In this document: positions 61,901 through 64,000 of the stretch, in pieces | Numbering within the stretch: the stretch's first letter is position 1 | How the letters are laid out: every line of letters starts with the position of its first letter | Assembly: GCA_047967505.1 (NCBI GenBank) | Contig: CM106538.1 | Source: Dipteris shenzhenensis | Lineage: Eukaryota | Length of the DNA: 64,000 nucleotides | Strand: one strand, 5' to 3' | Made by a program: the position numbers and the translations under genes | The notes under the pieces: model-generated | What the model saw: the letters and a program-made list of their open reading frames with translations, nothing else | Databases searched by the model: none | Told to the model about the DNA's origin: nothing

Positions 61901-64000
61901 GTGAGGCTGATAGCTAATGCAGATGCTTTGTGCTTTGGCTTTGATCTTGACAAAGTGTGGAACGTACTTAGCCTAATCTATCACTCAATGAGCATAAAGA
62001 TCACGGAGGATCAAACCATAGAAGAAACTTCATGAGAGAGAAAGAAAGTATGAAACACTCAATCTATTCCAATCTATATGATCAACAATACATGATAGGC
62101 TTCTTATATAGAGAGAGCCTTTAGACTAGTCAACACATGTGGGATCCTCTCATCCACATCTCTCCTTGTGGATATCCTCAATCCACATCTCCACATCATG
62201 TAGTCCACATCCTAGGGTGGCTACTTTAATACATTCCTTATCACATACCTTTGGTCTTTAATCTATGTGCTCATGGCACCATATCTCTCAACACCTCCCC
62301 TTGGTGCCATGATCCTTTGGCTACTGCAAGGTGGTCAGATGTGAGTTACATTCCATCACCTCCCCTTAGTGCATGCATTGCTACTTAAGGTGGTAAAGTG
62401 TGGCTTTTACATGTCAATACCTCCCCTGGGTGCTTTCATAGCTACTCTCAGGTGGTCAGGTTTGATTACAAACATATAGGCAAGGTTGGCAAGGTTTTTC
62501 GTTTCTCAATACATTCCATTGATGTCACCATTTGGCTCATGGCTTGATGACGATCTTGTTGTCTTCTTCGCTTGATGCATGATGCTTTGTTTTTCCATGT
62601 GCCTTGATGCTTTGTGTGTGGATGCCATGCTTTCTGCTATGGTCATCTCATGCACTTGTGCTTTTGGCATGCTTTCTACATTCATGCGTTGCTTTTTCAG
62701 TTGTTGCAAAGGTCTTACCAATTGATTTCTTTCAATATTGGCAGTGTCTAATTGCATACAATGATTCTAACTTGACAGGCACATAGAGCTCGAAAAGGCG
62801 ATCACTTTTCCCTTTTGGAGCGTGTTCAAATTCTTCCTGGATTGCAAGTTATGGCTTGTTGAAGATTTTGTGAAGAAGAGGGCCTTTGATGATGTGGCAC
62901 AATGGGCATTCACATGCTGCAATTCCGAACTGCGCTTCGCAGGGGCTATGTGCTTAGGTGGCACTACTGATTGTGCATGCTTATGTGGCAGTTAACCAAT
63001 ATTGAACCAAAACCTAACCCTGGTTCAGTGTGAGTTACTTGACCATTGAGCAAACCTAGGGTCAATGTGACTTCACCTTGGTAATTGGGATAAGGTGCCA
63101 CGTGTCCACTTCTAGACCAACTATTTAACCACAATTCTACTTCGCTTAGCTCGAGTTGAATTTTAACTGCCACATGTCAATGAATGGGAACCGTATGAGA
63201 GAGTGGAGGATAAGGTCGTTTGCTGCTTAGTTTTGATGGAGCAGGCTTCTGGCAATGCAGGAGCTGTGTTTGCCTATGCATAACTCATTGTGAGGCGGCT
63301 GGAGACCGCTCACAGGTGCTGCTCACGGATGTTGCTCATAATCCAGCGTCGCCCTTGGAAGCATGGGCTTGGATGGCGGTGGGATGGCCTTAGCTGCAAG
63401 GCTTGTAAAGCAGGAGGGTGGTCAAGCTGTTGTAGACCCGTTTGCACACCCGGTGAGGCAGAGAACTGGCTGCACAGGCGCTGCAGCTGTGTAAAGACCA
63501 AGAGGGGTTGGAGCCACCTTGAAAGCAACGAAGATAGAAGGCGTTGGTCGAGGAGGGAGGCTAGAGCTTTGGTGTGAACTCTTTTATCACAGCTAGCGCC
63601 TTTCGCATCACTATGGATTACTGCTTGGTCTATGAAGCTGTGAGCCTTGCGTAGGCCCAAGAACTCCATCGTTGAGACTCATGCAAGATATTTCCAAACT
63701 TACAAATTTTGAGCAAAAAACGACCGATGCAGTTGAACAAAATCATCCCTGCTCTTCCCTCTCTATCTTCATCAGAAACTACAACTCAGAGAGCGCGATC
63801 TGAACTCTCCGAAACTGCCTCTTTCAGACGCTCCCCTCTTGTGTTCGTTGATGTGGCCGCGTAGTATGTTGTAAGAGTTGTACCAGACGTTGCTTGATTT
63901 GTTTGAGTCCCGCTGTGCCGATTGGATTTCAAATAGCGTTGGTTTGGGTCATAGAGTTGTGGCACTATCGCTTACTGCAGAAGATCTCGTAGGTCAACGA
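61900..64000 (-). mobile_element. LTR element 3' end (LTR begins at 62293 on minus) with apparently non-coding internal region running off the window
   Basis: On minus, PPT AAGGGGAGG is followed by TGTTGAGAGA, and the LTR contains TATATAAG. No pol motifs seen in the adjacent 1.7 kb. The left boundary is approximate. Confidence 0.5.

Overview
Eukaryotic land-plant DNA. The giant TE-filled introns, TTTAGGG-type repeats and TE repertoire suggest a fern-like large genome, but this is inference. One host gene lies on the minus strand: an acyl-protein thioesterase 1/lysophospholipase-like alpha/beta-hydrolase. Seven coding exons fall between 46285 and 329, and the last exons lie beyond the left edge. 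Two of its introns (about 23.8 kb and 17.2 kb) are filled with retroelements. The larger one holds a fully resolvable nest with matching target-site duplications: LINE > Gypsy solo LTR > Copia > Gypsy of the same family, plus a second Copia. Upstream of the gene (about 48.3-61.0 kb) sits a ~12.6-kb DNA transposon. It has a Sola2-like DDD transposase pseudogene, a convergent spliced accessory gene with a RING-H2 finger, a 187-bp satellite carrying telomere-repeat inserts, an AT-rich higher-order repeat in an intron, and subterminal arrays of the palindrome TACCTCGATCGAGGTA. The most novel candidates are this two-gene transposon and PCNA-binding (PIP-box) motifs in the ORF2 C-terminal tail of two related (TC)n-tailed LINEs. 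All family assignments come from motifs read by eye; no database searches were run.
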